A stretch of 64,000 bases of DNA from an uncultured Candidatus Peribacteria bacterium (GCA_964360635.1 CAYHXO010000006.1:438-64437), one strand, 5' to 3'; shown: positions 1 to 10,070, numbered from the stretch's first letter. The notes: generated by a model not told the origin, from the sequence alone. Numbers and translations: made by a program.

Positions 1-2
1 CT

Positions 3-545
3 ATGAAAAAACAACAGAAATTGCCGGTGGTTTTAAGTAGAGAAGAGATTTTTGAGATTTTAGGGAAGATTGAAAATGAAAAACATAGAGCAATTTTGGC
101 ATTGAGTTATGGGGCTGGCCTTCGTGTTAGTGAAGTTTTAAAGTTAAGAATTTGCGACTTGGATTTTCAGGAGGGAATTGTGAAAATTCGAAATGGGAAA
201 GGCGGTAAAGATAGAATTAGTTTGCTTCCGGCAGTATTGAAAGATGAGTTGAAAGCAATGTGTGTTAGGCGTGGTGAAACGCGATATCTTTTTGAAAGTA
301 TTCGAGTTGGGAAATTAACAACGCGAACAGCACAGAAAGTTTTTGAAGTAGCGTTGAAGAAAAGTGGAGTCCGAAAAGAAGCTTCATTTCATTCATTGCG
401 GCATAGTTTTGCGACACATTTACTTGAGAATGGTGTGAACTTGAGGTGTATACAGGAGTTGCTTGGTCACAGCGATGTTCGAACAACAGAAAGATACACT
501 CATGTTTCTAAAAGTCTGATTCAGACGATTAAGAGTCCACTATAG
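3..545 (+). CDS. Tyrosine recombinase/integrase, catalytic C-terminal domain; probably 5'-truncated by the window edge
   Basis: The translation carries the Xer/phage-integrase catalytic signature: AGLRVSE (Arg), HSLRHSFATHLL (His-x-x-Arg) and LLGHSDVRTTERYTHV (His and Tyr nucleophile). Only ~180 aa are present, so the N-terminal core-binding domain is not inside the window. Confidence 0.8.
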   Translation: MKKQQKLPVVLSREEIFEILGKIENEKHRAILALSYGAGLRVSEVLKLRICDLDFQEGIVKIRNGKGGKDRISLLPAVLKDELKAMCVRRGETRYLFESIRVGKLTTRTAQKVFEVALKKSGVRKEASFHSLRHSFATHLLENGVNLRCIQELLGHSDVRTTERYTHVSKSLIQTIKSPL

Positions 546-740
546 TTTAATACCAGCGTCTTTCAAAATTGCATGAAGTGTACCGGTAGGAATATCTTTA
601 CTGTGTATAGGAACAACTACTTTTTTATCTTTTAATTCATTTTTAAATATTGCGTGACTTCCACTTTGACGTGCAAATACAAAACCATGTTGCCTTAGAA
701 ACTTTATAAGTTTGCTAGGAGTCATATTATATTTAGACAT
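540..740 (-). CDS. hicA: HicA-family mRNA interferase toxin
   Basis: 66 aa. The stretch LIKFLRQHGFVFARQSGSHAIFKN ... VVVPIHSKDIPTGTLHAILKDAGI is a typical HicA/YcfA pattern. It overlaps the upstream HicB-like gene by 8 nt. Confidence 0.8.
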   Translation of the reverse strand: MSKYNMTPSKLIKFLRQHGFVFARQSGSHAIFKNELKDKKVVVPIHSKDIPTGTLHAILKDAGIKL

Positions 741-954
741 GACTTGGCTTCTTTTTATTACGGACTTCTACAACTGTAATTACTGCCTTCATGGACTGAT
801 TCTCGATCTCATCTTCGAGATAAAGCATGACAGCATCCTTTAGATTTACTAATGCTTCTTCCTTAGTTTGTCCAAAAGTATGACATCCCTCTAATTGTGG
901 GCAAAAAGCATGCCATTTCTTCCCGTCCTTTTCTAACTTAAATGTGATTGGCAT
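733..954 (-). CDS. hicB: HicB-family antitoxin (UPF0150-like)
   Basis: 73 aa. The stretch WHAFCPQLEGCHTFGQTKEEALVNLKDAVMLYLED matches the HicB N-terminal fold motif. The gene sits immediately upstream of hicA. Confidence 0.7.
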   Translation of the reverse strand: MPITFKLEKDGKKWHAFCPQLEGCHTFGQTKEEALVNLKDAVMLYLEDEIENQSMKAVITVVEVRNKKKPSHV

Positions 955-1062
955 ATTTTTTTAATTATGCTCTAAATATACTCCTTATGTGAAGATTTTT
1001 CAATACTTGCAAGTTTCAAAGGGATCGAAATCGACCACTTTGCATTATGAATTAGGTATTCC

Positions 1063-1902
1063 CTAGTTTGCAATCCCAATCTCGTTCAACAAATACAATG
1101 TACCCTCTGGGCCTCTGAGTTTTTTGCCGGCTTCGTTGTAAACTGGGAGGGGGAAAGTGTTGTGAGTTTGATTGCCGACAGAGAATGCAGTACCGTAATT
1201 GCCGGAGAGAAATTCGGCGTCGTTTTTGCCGGGTTCGGGCATATCTCCGACAACAAGAAAATCGCGGAGGGGAATTTTGAGATATTGTGAAAGTCTTTTT
1301 ATAGCCTTACCCTTCCCGCTTTCTCTTGGAATTATGATTGTGCCAATGCCGGAATCTTCAACGTCGAAATAATTTTCGTAGCCTTCTTTTTTTATAATGC
1401 GGCGAGTGGCGGCCGCTAAAAATTTAGAAAGATGTATTATTAAAGTTGGGAAAACATAAAAAACCGGCGGGTAATAAAGTACAATGCTGTGATCGCGTGA
1501 TTTAACTTGAATCTTCCACGGGAGTTTTTTGTCGAGCACGAGCGCAAGCTCGCTTGCCGTTATTATTTTATCTGGCCATGGGATATTGAAAAGTTCCGTG
1601 TATGAATTTTTTTTTGAATCATATGAATGAGTTGCACCACCGTTTTCGGAAATTATAAAAAAGTTTTTACTGTCACTATTAATGTTCGCAGCCTTATTTT
1701 TGATGTGATCAATGTCGCGCCCGGAGCAAATCATAAATGGAATTTGCCTTGCAAGCTCACCGAGTTTTATAAGAAGCCTGCTTGGAATGGTAATTTTTGC
1801 GAGTTTTGTTAAAGTGCCATCAATGTCAAAGGCTGCTGCTTTGAATTTACGTTTTAAAGCCTGGTGGTAGGCTTTTTCTTGTTCTGGCGAATGGAATTTC
1901 AT
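1063..1902 (-). CDS. HAD-superfamily hydrolase (Cof/IIB-like phosphatase)
   Basis: HAD motif I is FDIDGTLT, a Ser/Thr motif is MICSGRD, and a distal acidic motif is VVGDMPEPGKNDAEF. The start overlaps the mutS stop by 4 nt. Confidence 0.7.
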   Translation of the reverse strand: MKFHSPEQEKAYHQALKRKFKAAAFDIDGTLTKLAKITIPSRLLIKLGELARQIPFMICSGRDIDHIKNKAANINSDSKNFFIISENGGATHSYDSKKNSYTELFNIPWPDKIITASELALVLDKKLPWKIQVKSRDHSIVLYYPPVFYVFPTLIIHLSKFLAAATRRIIKKEGYENYFDVEDSGIGTIIIPRESGKGKAIKRLSQYLKIPLRDFLVVGDMPEPGKNDAEFLSGNYGTAFSVGNQTHNTFPLPVYNEAGKKLRGPEGTLYLLNEIGIAN

Positions 1903-4469
1903 AATTTTTTGAGCTCGCTCAGTGCGATGAGTGCTTCAATCGGTGTCAGATCATTTATATCAATTCCCTTCAATCTTTCCAAGACAGGATGTCTGTCGGC
2001 AATATATTTTCCTGTGAAAAGTCCCATTTGATTTTCTGGAATTTTTGTTGGCTGTGATTCTATTTTTTCCGATTCAAGGTCAATGAGAATTTGCGCAGAG
2101 CGATCAATGACCGCAGTCGGCACTCCGGCAAGTTTTGCCACTTCAATGCCGTAACTTTTATCAATTCCACCTTCTATTATTTTGTGTAAAAATAAAACGC
2201 CTTTTGCGGATTCTTTAACGTCTACACAGTAATTTTTTGCTTTCGGTAAATTTTGCACTACATTAATTAACTCGTGGTAATGTGTCGCGAAAAGCGTGAA
2301 TGCTCCGATTTTGTCGTGGAGAAACTCAAGAATTGACCATGCGATACTTAGTCCATCATATGTACTTGTACCTCGCCCAATTTCATCAAGAATTACAAGA
2401 CTTTTTGCCGTGGCATGATTCAAAATATAAGCTGATTCCTGCATTTCAACCATGAAAGTTGATTGGCCGCGAACAAGATTATCGCTGGCTCCAACTCGTG
2501 TAAAAATTCTGTCGAAGAGAGGCAAAGTTGCAGCTTTAGCAGGTACAAAAGAGCCAATTTGGTTTAGTAATGCAATGAGTGCAATTTGACGAAGATAAGT
2601 AGATTTTCCACTCATATTTGGACCGGTAATTAACTTCAATTCTGTTTCACCTGCTTTGAAATTTGCATCATTCGGAACAAAAGAATTTTCAAAAGTTATG
2701 CTTTCAACAACTGGGTGTCGGCCGTCTTTAATAAACAATGATCGCTGCGCGACTGCGCCAAAAGTGGGTTTCACGTAATCACGTTTTATTGCAGTAATTG
2801 CAAAAGAAAGAAGCACATCTAGTTCGGCAATTATCTGTGCATTAAGTTTAATTTCTTTTATATATTCCAGAGTTTCACTTTTTAAATCTTGGAAAATTTC
2901 ATATTCAAGTTTGAAAGATTTTTCTTCGGCGCTGAGAACTTTTTCTTCGTACTCTTTTAGTTCCGGAGTAATGAAGCGTTCTGCATTCGCTAGAGTTTGT
3001 TTTCGAATGTATCTATCAGGAACTTTTTCCAAATTTATCCTGCTAATTTCAATGTAATAGCCAAAAACTCGGTTGTAAGAAACTTTCAAAGAGTTGATTT
3101 TTGTGGCTTCAATTTCTTTTTGTTCGATTTCTTTTAGCGCGGTTTTCCCATCCTTCATCAGTCGACGAAGTGAGTCGAGTTCGGCGTTGTATCCATCTTT
3201 AATTATATCTCCTTCGCTTGTTTTAAAACCGGGTTCGTCAGCAATTGAAGATGCGATCGTTTGACTGAGTTTTTCGAGTGGAAGTAGATCTTTTGCAAGT
3301 GAAATAAGCAGCGACGCAGTCGCAAATTCGATTGTTTTTTTTATTTTTGGAATTTGCGAAAGTGAATTTCCAAGTGACAGTAAATCGCGCGCGTTTGCCC
3401 CACTGGAAGAAAGCCGGCCAAGAATTCTTTCAATATCAGAAAGAGACGTTAAAATATCTTTGAAAGAATTTCTGAGATCTTCGTTTGAAATAAAATTTTC
3501 AACCGCATCGTGACGGCTTTGAATTGGCTCCTTGTGAATTAGCGGGCGAAGAAGCCATTTTCTGAGCATTCTTCCACCCATTGAAGAATTTGTATTATCA
3601 ATAACGCTGAGCAAACTTCCCTCTTCATCTTTGCCGCGCATTGTTGAAAAAAGTTCAAGATTTCTAATTGTACCTTCGTCTAAATACATCCAATTATTTC
3701 TATGATATGCGTGAATTCTATCGATGTGTTTTGCTTCATCTTTTTGAGTTTCTTGAATGTATTTCATTAAAATTCCGCTGGCTTCAATTGCAAAAGGCCA
3801 ACTCGCAATTCCAAATCCTTCAAGACTTTTCACATGAAAAGAGCCGAGCAAAAATTTATAGGCATCTTCGTAAAGTGCAACTGAAGAAATTGTTGCATCA
3901 GAAATTGAAATTGCTAAAGTCCGAATTGCGGGGTCGTCGTATTGATCACGTTCCAGAACTATTTCTGATGGATTTAATCTAAGAATTTCGTTGCGCAAAG
4001 CTTCGATTCCGCTGAGTTCAGCTGCATGAAATTCACCTGTACTTACATCACAAAATGCAATTCCAAAATAATCTTTTTTTGCATAAATTGAGAGAATGTA
4101 TCTATTTGATTTTTGATCTAAAACTTGATCAAGAATTGCTGTTCCCGGAGTAATAATTTTTACAATTTTTCTTTTAACAATTCCTGGAAGTGCAGGATCT
4201 GAAATTTGCTCACAAATGGCAACTTTTCTGCCGGATTTTACTAATTTTGCTATGTAATTTTCTGCGGCATGATAAGGAATTCCGCACATTGGAACGGCAT
4301 TTTCATCTTTACTACGAGACGTCAAAGTAATGTCCAAAATTTTCGATGCATCGTGCGCATCCTGACCGAACATTTCATAAAAATCGCCAAGTCGAAAGAA
4401 AAGAATTGCATCTTTGCACTCAGCTTTAATATCCTGATACTGTTCCATCATGGGCGTTAATTTCGCCAT
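1899..4469 (-). CDS. mutS: DNA mismatch repair protein MutS
   Basis: 856 aa. N-terminal TPMMEQYQDIK...FFRLGDFYEMF, Walker A GPNMSGKST, DEIGRGTSTYDG and FATHYHEL are all present. Confidence 0.95.
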   Translation of the reverse strand: MAKLTPMMEQYQDIKAECKDAILFFRLGDFYEMFGQDAHDASKILDITLTSRSKDENAVPMCGIPYHAAENYIAKLVKSGRKVAICEQISDPALPGIVKRKIVKIITPGTAILDQVLDQKSNRYILSIYAKKDYFGIAFCDVSTGEFHAAELSGIEALRNEILRLNPSEIVLERDQYDDPAIRTLAISISDATISSVALYEDAYKFLLGSFHVKSLEGFGIASWPFAIEASGILMKYIQETQKDEAKHIDRIHAYHRNNWMYLDEGTIRNLELFSTMRGKDEEGSLLSVIDNTNSSMGGRMLRKWLLRPLIHKEPIQSRHDAVENFISNEDLRNSFKDILTSLSDIERILGRLSSSGANARDLLSLGNSLSQIPKIKKTIEFATASLLISLAKDLLPLEKLSQTIASSIADEPGFKTSEGDIIKDGYNAELDSLRRLMKDGKTALKEIEQKEIEATKINSLKVSYNRVFGYYIEISRINLEKVPDRYIRKQTLANAERFITPELKEYEEKVLSAEEKSFKLEYEIFQDLKSETLEYIKEIKLNAQIIAELDVLLSFAITAIKRDYVKPTFGAVAQRSLFIKDGRHPVVESITFENSFVPNDANFKAGETELKLITGPNMSGKSTYLRQIALIALLNQIGSFVPAKAATLPLFDRIFTRVGASDNLVRGQSTFMVEMQESAYILNHATAKSLVILDEIGRGTSTYDGLSIAWSILEFLHDKIGAFTLFATHYHELINVVQNLPKAKNYCVDVKESAKGVLFLHKIIEGGIDKSYGIEVAKLAGVPTAVIDRSAQILIDLESEKIESQPTKIPENQMGLFTGKYIADRHPVLERLKGIDINDLTPIEALIALSELKKL

Positions 4470-4577
4470 AAGCCGCGAGGGTGAATCGTAGCTATTCTAA
4501 ACAAAATTTGGCTTTTTGCCACATTTAACTTAAAGTATGGCTCGCCAGCATCGACAAAAAGACATGTTGTGCATCTG

Positions 4578-4652
4578 GCCCTCGTAGTTCAATGGATAGA
4601 ACGACCCTCTCCTAAGGGGTAAATACAGGTTCGATTCCTGTCGAAGGCACCA
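4578..4652 (+). tRNA. tRNA-Arg (anticodon CCU), CCA encoded
   Basis: A hand-folded cloverleaf fits. The acceptor stem is GCCCTCG/CGAAGGC with one C-A mismatch, the D stem is GTTC/GAAC, and the anticodon stem is ACCCT/GGGGT with loop CTCCTAA (U33, then CCT). The T arm is ACAGG-TTCGATT-CCTGT, followed by discriminator A and CCA. Confidence 0.85.
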
Positions 4653-4806
4653 TTGTTAATAAAAGTGATTGCAAATTAGTCAATTAAGATGAAATCTCTT
4701 CGGTTAAGATTGGTAAATCTTCCATTGCTTTGTTTACTATAGATTGAGATTAGACCATGTGAATCTTTTTCGTCAATGCTTTACAGAAATGTGATAATAT
4801 GGCACT

Positions 4807-7800
4807 ATGCAGGTAATGACAATAGAGAATTTACAAATTAAAGGCAAACAATACCCTGCAGGGAGATTATTGAATGGCTTATTTAGCAAGAAAGAACTTG
4901 AGCTTGCTTGGGCTGAAACTTTAGAAATAATTGCTAATTCTAATGGCGATCCTAATCTTTTATTTAAGATTGGTAAATTGCCCTTTATTTTTAAAATGAA
5001 CGGCGACACGAGTCCTGAATATGCTTCGAAGCAGTTTGAAGAATATATTGAAGAGAATATTGAATCATTAAAAGAATTTAAACTTGCGGCCGTGAAAGAT
5101 AGTAGTGATGAGGCGGAAATTTGCAATGTTCCCGATTTTGAAATTGATAATCTAAAAGAAATAGGTATTGGAATTGATCGAGCTAATGAAATAATGATTT
5201 TCTTTAAATCATTAATGTTTAAAGAAGTGCGCAATAGGATTCAAGGTTTAAAAAATTGGAATTTTATTTTTGAGAATAAATCAGATTCTAATGATTTAAT
5301 CCCTGCAATTGGAAACGAATTTGATGTCAAAATAAATGAAAAAAACTTTGAGGATTTCGACAGACTTATCAAACGCGACATGAGTAGTGAAATGCAAATT
5401 GTAGATCTGAACAAAGAGGTCAATAGACTTTATGAAGAAGATGGAGAAAATTTTGAAAAGTTTAGTAAAAAGATGGAATTTTTTCTTTCTGCAACCTATG
5501 CATTTAATCCAAAAAATTGCACCCGCGGTCGCTCAATTAGATTACCGCATTCAATGGTGCATGAAGACCTATTTCGAGTTTTAGCTGGAAAAAGTTCTGA
5601 ATATCTTAAAATAATAAAAAGGTGTTTCCCAGATTTATATCCTAGCTTAATAATCGACATTGATAAGATACAATCTGGCGCACTTGAACCTTATCATGAC
5701 CCATTTCAAGTTGGTCAAGAGACATTGCGTGGAATAAGTTCTGCCGTTCAAGAAAATAATTTCATGAGTGATGATCGAATTGTGGATATGAATAATCTAT
5801 TAATGAAAATGGCAAAAGATATTCTCATTAAAAGAACAGCCGATGCGAAAATTAATGACCTCAAGAAAAGAAACCTTCCATATAAGGCAATTGAAGAAGA
5901 GATGAGAAAACAGATAAGTTTTATACCTGACTTTGATTTGATTTTTGATGCTTATCAGCCAAATATTTTGGATATATTTAGATCATTCGCTATTTTTGGG
6001 GAAAAACTTTCTGATGAAATTAATATAAGTAGTGTAGGAGAGATTACGGAGATTTATATAAAACTTAATGAAAGAGCTGAATATCTTGGAAAAACTAATA
6101 TAGCAAATATCTTTGGATTGAATAATGTATCAAGACCTATAAGTAGTAGATTAGCGGGCATGAAAAAAGATCTTAAGGAATATTTTGCAGCTGACCCTTG
6201 TGGATATACCTCTTCCAATCTAGGTCATTGTTTCCTAATGGATTCAAATTATAATGGTGATTTTTATCGTGCAATAAATGATGAAGAGATATTTTCAGGT
6301 CTGTTTAAAATAGCTAAAAATCTTAATAATTTGGGCTCGGCATATGCGATAAAAATACTTGCGAATTGGGCAAAAGATGACGAAAAGAAAATAGCTAGAG
6401 TTATTGAAAATCTGTTTAAGACAGATGTGGATTATGCGGACGTCGATGAAACTTTAAAAGTTAAACTTTTTCTTTTTGTGAAAGAAAGTAATGCAAATAT
6501 AGATTTAGTAATTGAAAAATTACTCTATAATTCTGAATCAATTGTAAATAATTTCAAAAGAGGTCATTCTGAACAATTTAAACTAGGGATATTTGATGCT
6601 TTTGAGAAAGAAGTTGTACAAAGAATTTTTAAAGAACTTTTTGATAGTCCGAGACAACTAACGGGTATTAAATCCTTTAAAAATCCGGAGAATTTCAACA
6701 AAATTCAATCATTAAAAGAAATAGAGGCTGAAGCATCAATTGCACTCGCAGAGCCGATATATGTTGATATGAGCGACTGCCTACCTGCGGGCTTTATGGT
6801 TAAACTTTTGCCAGTAAATAAAGCTTCTGAGAATGATTTTTCTTGGGCTGTAGAAATCAGCATCAGAGATTTTAAGGGTAAGCCGATATATGAAAAAGCT
6901 TCAGGAAGATTTGAAAATCTTAAGTTTAAATTTGGTTTTCAGGGTGCTTTTAGAGATATTTTCGAAGAGATTAGCGTATTAGCTTCACACAGATATTTCG
7001 TTAGAGATTGTGCAGAAGCAAATACTAGAAGAATTAGCGATAAAATTCGTGAGATTATTGATAAAAATAAAGCTAGTGAAACGGAGGAAGATAAGACTGT
7101 TGGGCCTAGATCTTCAGGCGCACTTTCTGTTGATATTAGCAGGCAAGATAAATCTGATGACACGGAAACAAAAAATCGCCTGAGTGAAAAAAATGTGAAA
7201 AGTAATATTATTATTAGAAAAATTATTAATGGAAAGATCATCACAGATGAAGAAGTTAAAGATTTATTAGTATTTAGATCTTCTAATTTAGGCGCTGGAA
7301 AGAATATTTACAGCAGGATTCCTGCAGAGGAATTAATTGAGTGGAATAATGTTGGAGACTTGAAAGCATTTATAATGCAGGATGAATGTTTTGTGATGAC
7401 AACTTTGGCTCATAGCCAAGCCGCAGGTTTTTACGTCAAAGGTTTTGAAAGCGATGCTGGTAACATTTTGTATGGCATTTCTCCGAAAAAACCTACCGAA
7501 TATTCAAAACTTGCCCACGAAGAATATTTAAATTCCGGCTTTAATCCGGTTTCAGTGAGTCCATATAAATCAAAACTTTCTGTGAGAGCAGATGGAAATG
7601 TAGAAGTCGGCACTGCTAAAATTAGTCTTGAAGGAAGTGATGAAATTATGGTTGAAACTATGGCTGTTAGAGAATCTCTAAATAGACAAATTGCCAAAAA
7701 AACTGCGAGTGCTGAATTTATTGACGATTGGGTTTCTGAACAGATTCGTGTGTTTAAAATAGAAAATCCTAATGCGAGTGACGCAGATCTTGATAATTTT

Positions 7801-7947
7801 ATTGAAGAACAAGTTAAGGTTTTGTCGGAGAACAAAGTTCTTGATTCTGAGACGGTTAAGTTATTTCTACCTGGAAAATATGAAACACAAAGGGTTTTTA
7901 ATCAGGGAGTATATAAGAAATTAAGTGAGGTGTTTGGAAAAGAATGA
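4807..7947 (+). CDS. Large hypothetical protein (1046 aa), no recognisable domain
   Basis: A long uninterrupted ORF encoding an acidic, Lys/Glu/Asn-rich protein. I see no signal peptide, TM segment or familiar motif. Confidence 0.6.
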   Translation: MQVMTIENLQIKGKQYPAGRLLNGLFSKKELELAWAETLEIIANSNGDPNLLFKIGKLPFIFKMNGDTSPEYASKQFEEYIEENIESLKEFKLAAVKDSSDEAEICNVPDFEIDNLKEIGIGIDRANEIMIFFKSLMFKEVRNRIQGLKNWNFIFENKSDSNDLIPAIGNEFDVKINEKNFEDFDRLIKRDMSSEMQIVDLNKEVNRLYEEDGENFEKFSKKMEFFLSATYAFNPKNCTRGRSIRLPHSMVHEDLFRVLAGKSSEYLKIIKRCFPDLYPSLIIDIDKIQSGALEPYHDPFQVGQETLRGISSAVQENNFMSDDRIVDMNNLLMKMAKDILIKRTADAKINDLKKRNLPYKAIEEEMRKQISFIPDFDLIFDAYQPNILDIFRSFAIFGEKLSDEINISSVGEITEIYIKLNERAEYLGKTNIANIFGLNNVSRPISSRLAGMKKDLKEYFAADPCGYTSSNLGHCFLMDSNYNGDFYRAINDEEIFSGLFKIAKNLNNLGSAYAIKILANWAKDDEKKIARVIENLFKTDVDYADVDETLKVKLFLFVKESNANIDLVIEKLLYNSESIVNNFKRGHSEQFKLGIFDAFEKEVVQRIFKELFDSPRQLTGIKSFKNPENFNKIQSLKEIEAEASIALAEPIYVDMSDCLPAGFMVKLLPVNKASENDFSWAVEISIRDFKGKPIYEKASGRFENLKFKFGFQGAFRDIFEEISVLASHRYFVRDCAEANTRRISDKIREIIDKNKASETEEDKTVGPRSSGALSVDISRQDKSDDTETKNRLSEKNVKSNIIIRKIINGKIITDEEVKDLLVFRSSNLGAGKNIYSRIPAEELIEWNNVGDLKAFIMQDECFVMTTLAHSQAAGFYVKGFESDAGNILYGISPKKPTEYSKLAHEEYLNSGFNPVSVSPYKSKLSVRADGNVEVGTAKISLEGSDEIMVETMAVRESLNRQIAKKTASAEFIDDWVSEQIRVFKIENPNASDADLDNFIEEQVKVLSENKVLDSETVKLFLPGKYETQRVFNQGVYKKLSEVFGKE

Positions 7948-7975
7948 TAGCATTTTTTGTAAACAAAAAATGTGC

Positions 7976-8004
7976 TTGACGGTGAGCAATGACTCACCTA
8001 GTAT
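7976..8004 (+). promoter_or_regulatory. Putative lexA promoter with an embedded palindrome (candidate LexA operator)
   Basis: TTGACG (7976-7981), a 17-nt spacer, then TAGTAT (7999-8004). The spacer is filled by the perfect inverted repeat GGTGAG-N6-CTCACC (7981-7998). The element lies 27 nt upstream of the lexA ATG. Confidence 0.45.
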
Positions 8005-8030
8005 GAGAGCGTTCATTCACCAAAAAATAT

Positions 8031-8648
8031 ATGGAAATACTTACAGACAAGCAAAAGGCCGTTCTTGATTTTATTGAAGATTACCAGATGGGCCATGGCT
8101 CATCGCCTACTTTGCGAGAAATGCGCGAACATTTTAAAGTAAAAAGTGACAACAGTGTGCTGAAACATGTGAAAGCACTTCACGAAAAAGGTTATATTAA
8201 AAAAGATGATACTCCTCGTGGAATCAAATTACTTAAAAGTGTGAAAGCAAAATTAGATGCGGCAACAAATATGTTTAGAATTCCGGTTTTGGGAACAATT
8301 CCAGCAGGTGGACCGGTTGTTTCTGAAGAATTTGTAATCGATTATTTTGAGATGGGAACAAGTATGTTGAAAAAACCTGATGGAACTTTTGCATTGAAAG
8401 TAACAGGATTAAGCATGATTGATGCAGGAATTTTGGAAGGTGACTTTGTTATTGCAAATAGATACTTAAAGGCTCGTGACGGAGATATTGTCATTGCACT
8501 GGTTGACGGAGCAAATACAGTAAAGCGATTTAGACAAAAAGGTCAGCATGTTTGGTTACAAGCTGAAAATAAAGACTACAAAGATATTGAAGCCAGTGAA
8601 TACCTTGAAGTTCAAGGTGTGGTAACAAATCTAATTAGGCAATATTAA
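8031..8648 (+). CDS. lexA: LexA repressor (S24 peptidase)
   Basis: 205 aa. The N-terminal wHTH is LTDKQKAVLDFIEDY...SPTLREMREHF. The C-terminal S24 domain has VTGLSMIDAGILEGD (Ser) and TVKRF (Lys). Confidence 0.9.
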   Translation: MEILTDKQKAVLDFIEDYQMGHGSSPTLREMREHFKVKSDNSVLKHVKALHEKGYIKKDDTPRGIKLLKSVKAKLDAATNMFRIPVLGTIPAGGPVVSEEFVIDYFEMGTSMLKKPDGTFALKVTGLSMIDAGILEGDFVIANRYLKARDGDIVIALVDGANTVKRFRQKGQHVWLQAENKDYKDIEASEYLEVQGVVTNLIRQY

Positions 8649-9201
8649 GCATAACGAATTCCGTTGTTGCTTCAGGTAATTCGCTCTTCAGTTTAACTGA
8701 GAATTTATCTTTAGTTGCGAGGTCACTTTTGCCTACTGCCTTCAGAAATTCGCTTGGAGCGCCTTCGTAACAAGAAAGAATTACAACTCGTGGATCGATT
8801 TCTTCAAATATTGTTTGAGCCTGTTTTGTGCTTAAAACTTCTTTTGTACCAACCGGTAAAATCAAAATATCAACATCACCAATTCTTTCAAACATGGCCT
8901 CTGTTATATCTGTTGAAAGTGTACCAAGTGAGCAAACACGAATATTGTCGATTGAGAATACAAAGATATTTATTGGCTTATCTTGAGGAGGAACACTTGG
9001 AATTGCTTCTATTGAAACATTTGAAACTTCATATTCTCCTGGCCAGCTTAAAATTTTTGCATTTTGAATACCTGATTCTGAATCTTGTTTGGTGAAAAGC
9101 ACAACATTTGCCTTAATGCTGTCATTCTGTGGATCAATTGTAACTGTTGCCTCTGAACCTTTAATTGTGAATGATGATTTACCTTGCCAGTTGATTTCCA
9201 T
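8635..9201 (-). CDS. Beta-lactamase-fold (Lactamase_B_3/UPF0173-like) protein lacking the HxHxDH motif
   Basis: 188 aa. The overall pattern resembles small MBL-fold hydrolases (ITWLGHSSF-like start INWQGKSSFTIKG, then DILILPVG). The metal-ligand motif position reads VVLFTKQDSES instead. Confidence 0.4.
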   Translation of the reverse strand: MEINWQGKSSFTIKGSEATVTIDPQNDSIKANVVLFTKQDSESGIQNAKILSWPGEYEVSNVSIEAIPSVPPQDKPINIFVFSIDNIRVCSLGTLSTDITEAMFERIGDVDILILPVGTKEVLSTKQAQTIFEEIDPRVVILSCYEGAPSEFLKAVGKSDLATKDKFSVKLKSELPEATTEFVMLNIA

Positions 9202-9269
9202 ATATTTTTTTAGATCGGGCGAATTCTAACAAAGCTTAGTGGATTAGGAAAGCGGGAGTTTTTTGGCAT

Positions 9270-10070
9270 TTAGGCTTTTGCTCTGAACATGGCACGGACG
9301 CCGCGCGAGTCTCCACCATTATTTACGAAGTCAAAATACGCCCAACGTTCCAGATAATACGGATCGTAGACCCCAACATACGCACCACCGATATTCTCAT
9401 TATTTTCTCCACTCTCAAACCATATTGATTTTTGGTACATAAGATTTTTAGAACTTACAATTTGTCCTCCAGTAAATCTTTCAAATTTAATAACTTCAAG
9501 AGATCTTTCAGGTGGAGCTATATGTGGGAAAAGAGCATAATCTTTTGAGATAAGGACTCTTCTTGATTTGTTATACCCCATTCCTGTCATGATTGGCTCA
9601 ACTCCTCCATTTGCCACAAGTGGATTGCCTTCTTTATCTAATCCAAAGAGTATACTTTCGGGAAGATTGACTGCTTTTTCAAGATTATTCCCGGTAAGAA
9701 GTCTATCCTGAACAAAATCCCATTTAGCTTTCTCTTTTTCCTCAGGCTGCCAATTCTCATACATGAATCTATATGAAGGCTGGCAGATGTCTACCAATTT
9801 GATTTCCTTTGCCAATCCTTTGAATAGTTTTTCATCTTTGACTCCTCTATAGAAAAAATCCATCATTACACTAACTCCGTCAAAATCTGTTCCATGAGGT
9901 ATTTTTTGAGATAATTTATCCAAAATTGCCTTTTTTGTTGATGTGTAAGGGGTTTCGACAACCTCATTTGCCCATGCCTTTAATAGCTCCTGTTGAGATA
10001 AGATGGTGCGTGCTGTTTCAACAGGTTGGGTTTCTATATCTTCGAGTTTTTGCTTTTCGGATTCGGACAT
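9270..10070 (-). CDS. Hypothetical protein (266 aa)
   Basis: An intact ORF with no recognised motif. Confidence 0.5.
   Translation of the reverse strand: MSESEKQKLEDIETQPVETARTILSQQELLKAWANEVVETPYTSTKKAILDKLSQKIPHGTDFDGVSVMMDFFYRGVKDEKLFKGLAKEIKLVDICQPSYRFMYENWQPEEKEKAKWDFVQDRLLTGNNLEKAVNLPESILFGLDKEGNPLVANGGVEPIMTGMGYNKSRRVLISKDYALFPHIAPPERSLEVIKFERFTGGQIVSSKNLMYQKSIWFESGENNENIGGAYVGVYDPYYLERWAYFDFVNNGGDSRGVRAMFRAKA

Noticed and set aside
3-4652. Integrase + HicAB + tRNA-Arg as a complete integrated element
   Set aside because: The integrase is cut by the window edge and is separated from the tRNA by core genes (the HAD hydrolase and mutS). I did not see a duplicated copy of the tRNA 3' end. 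Any element more likely lies to the left of the window.
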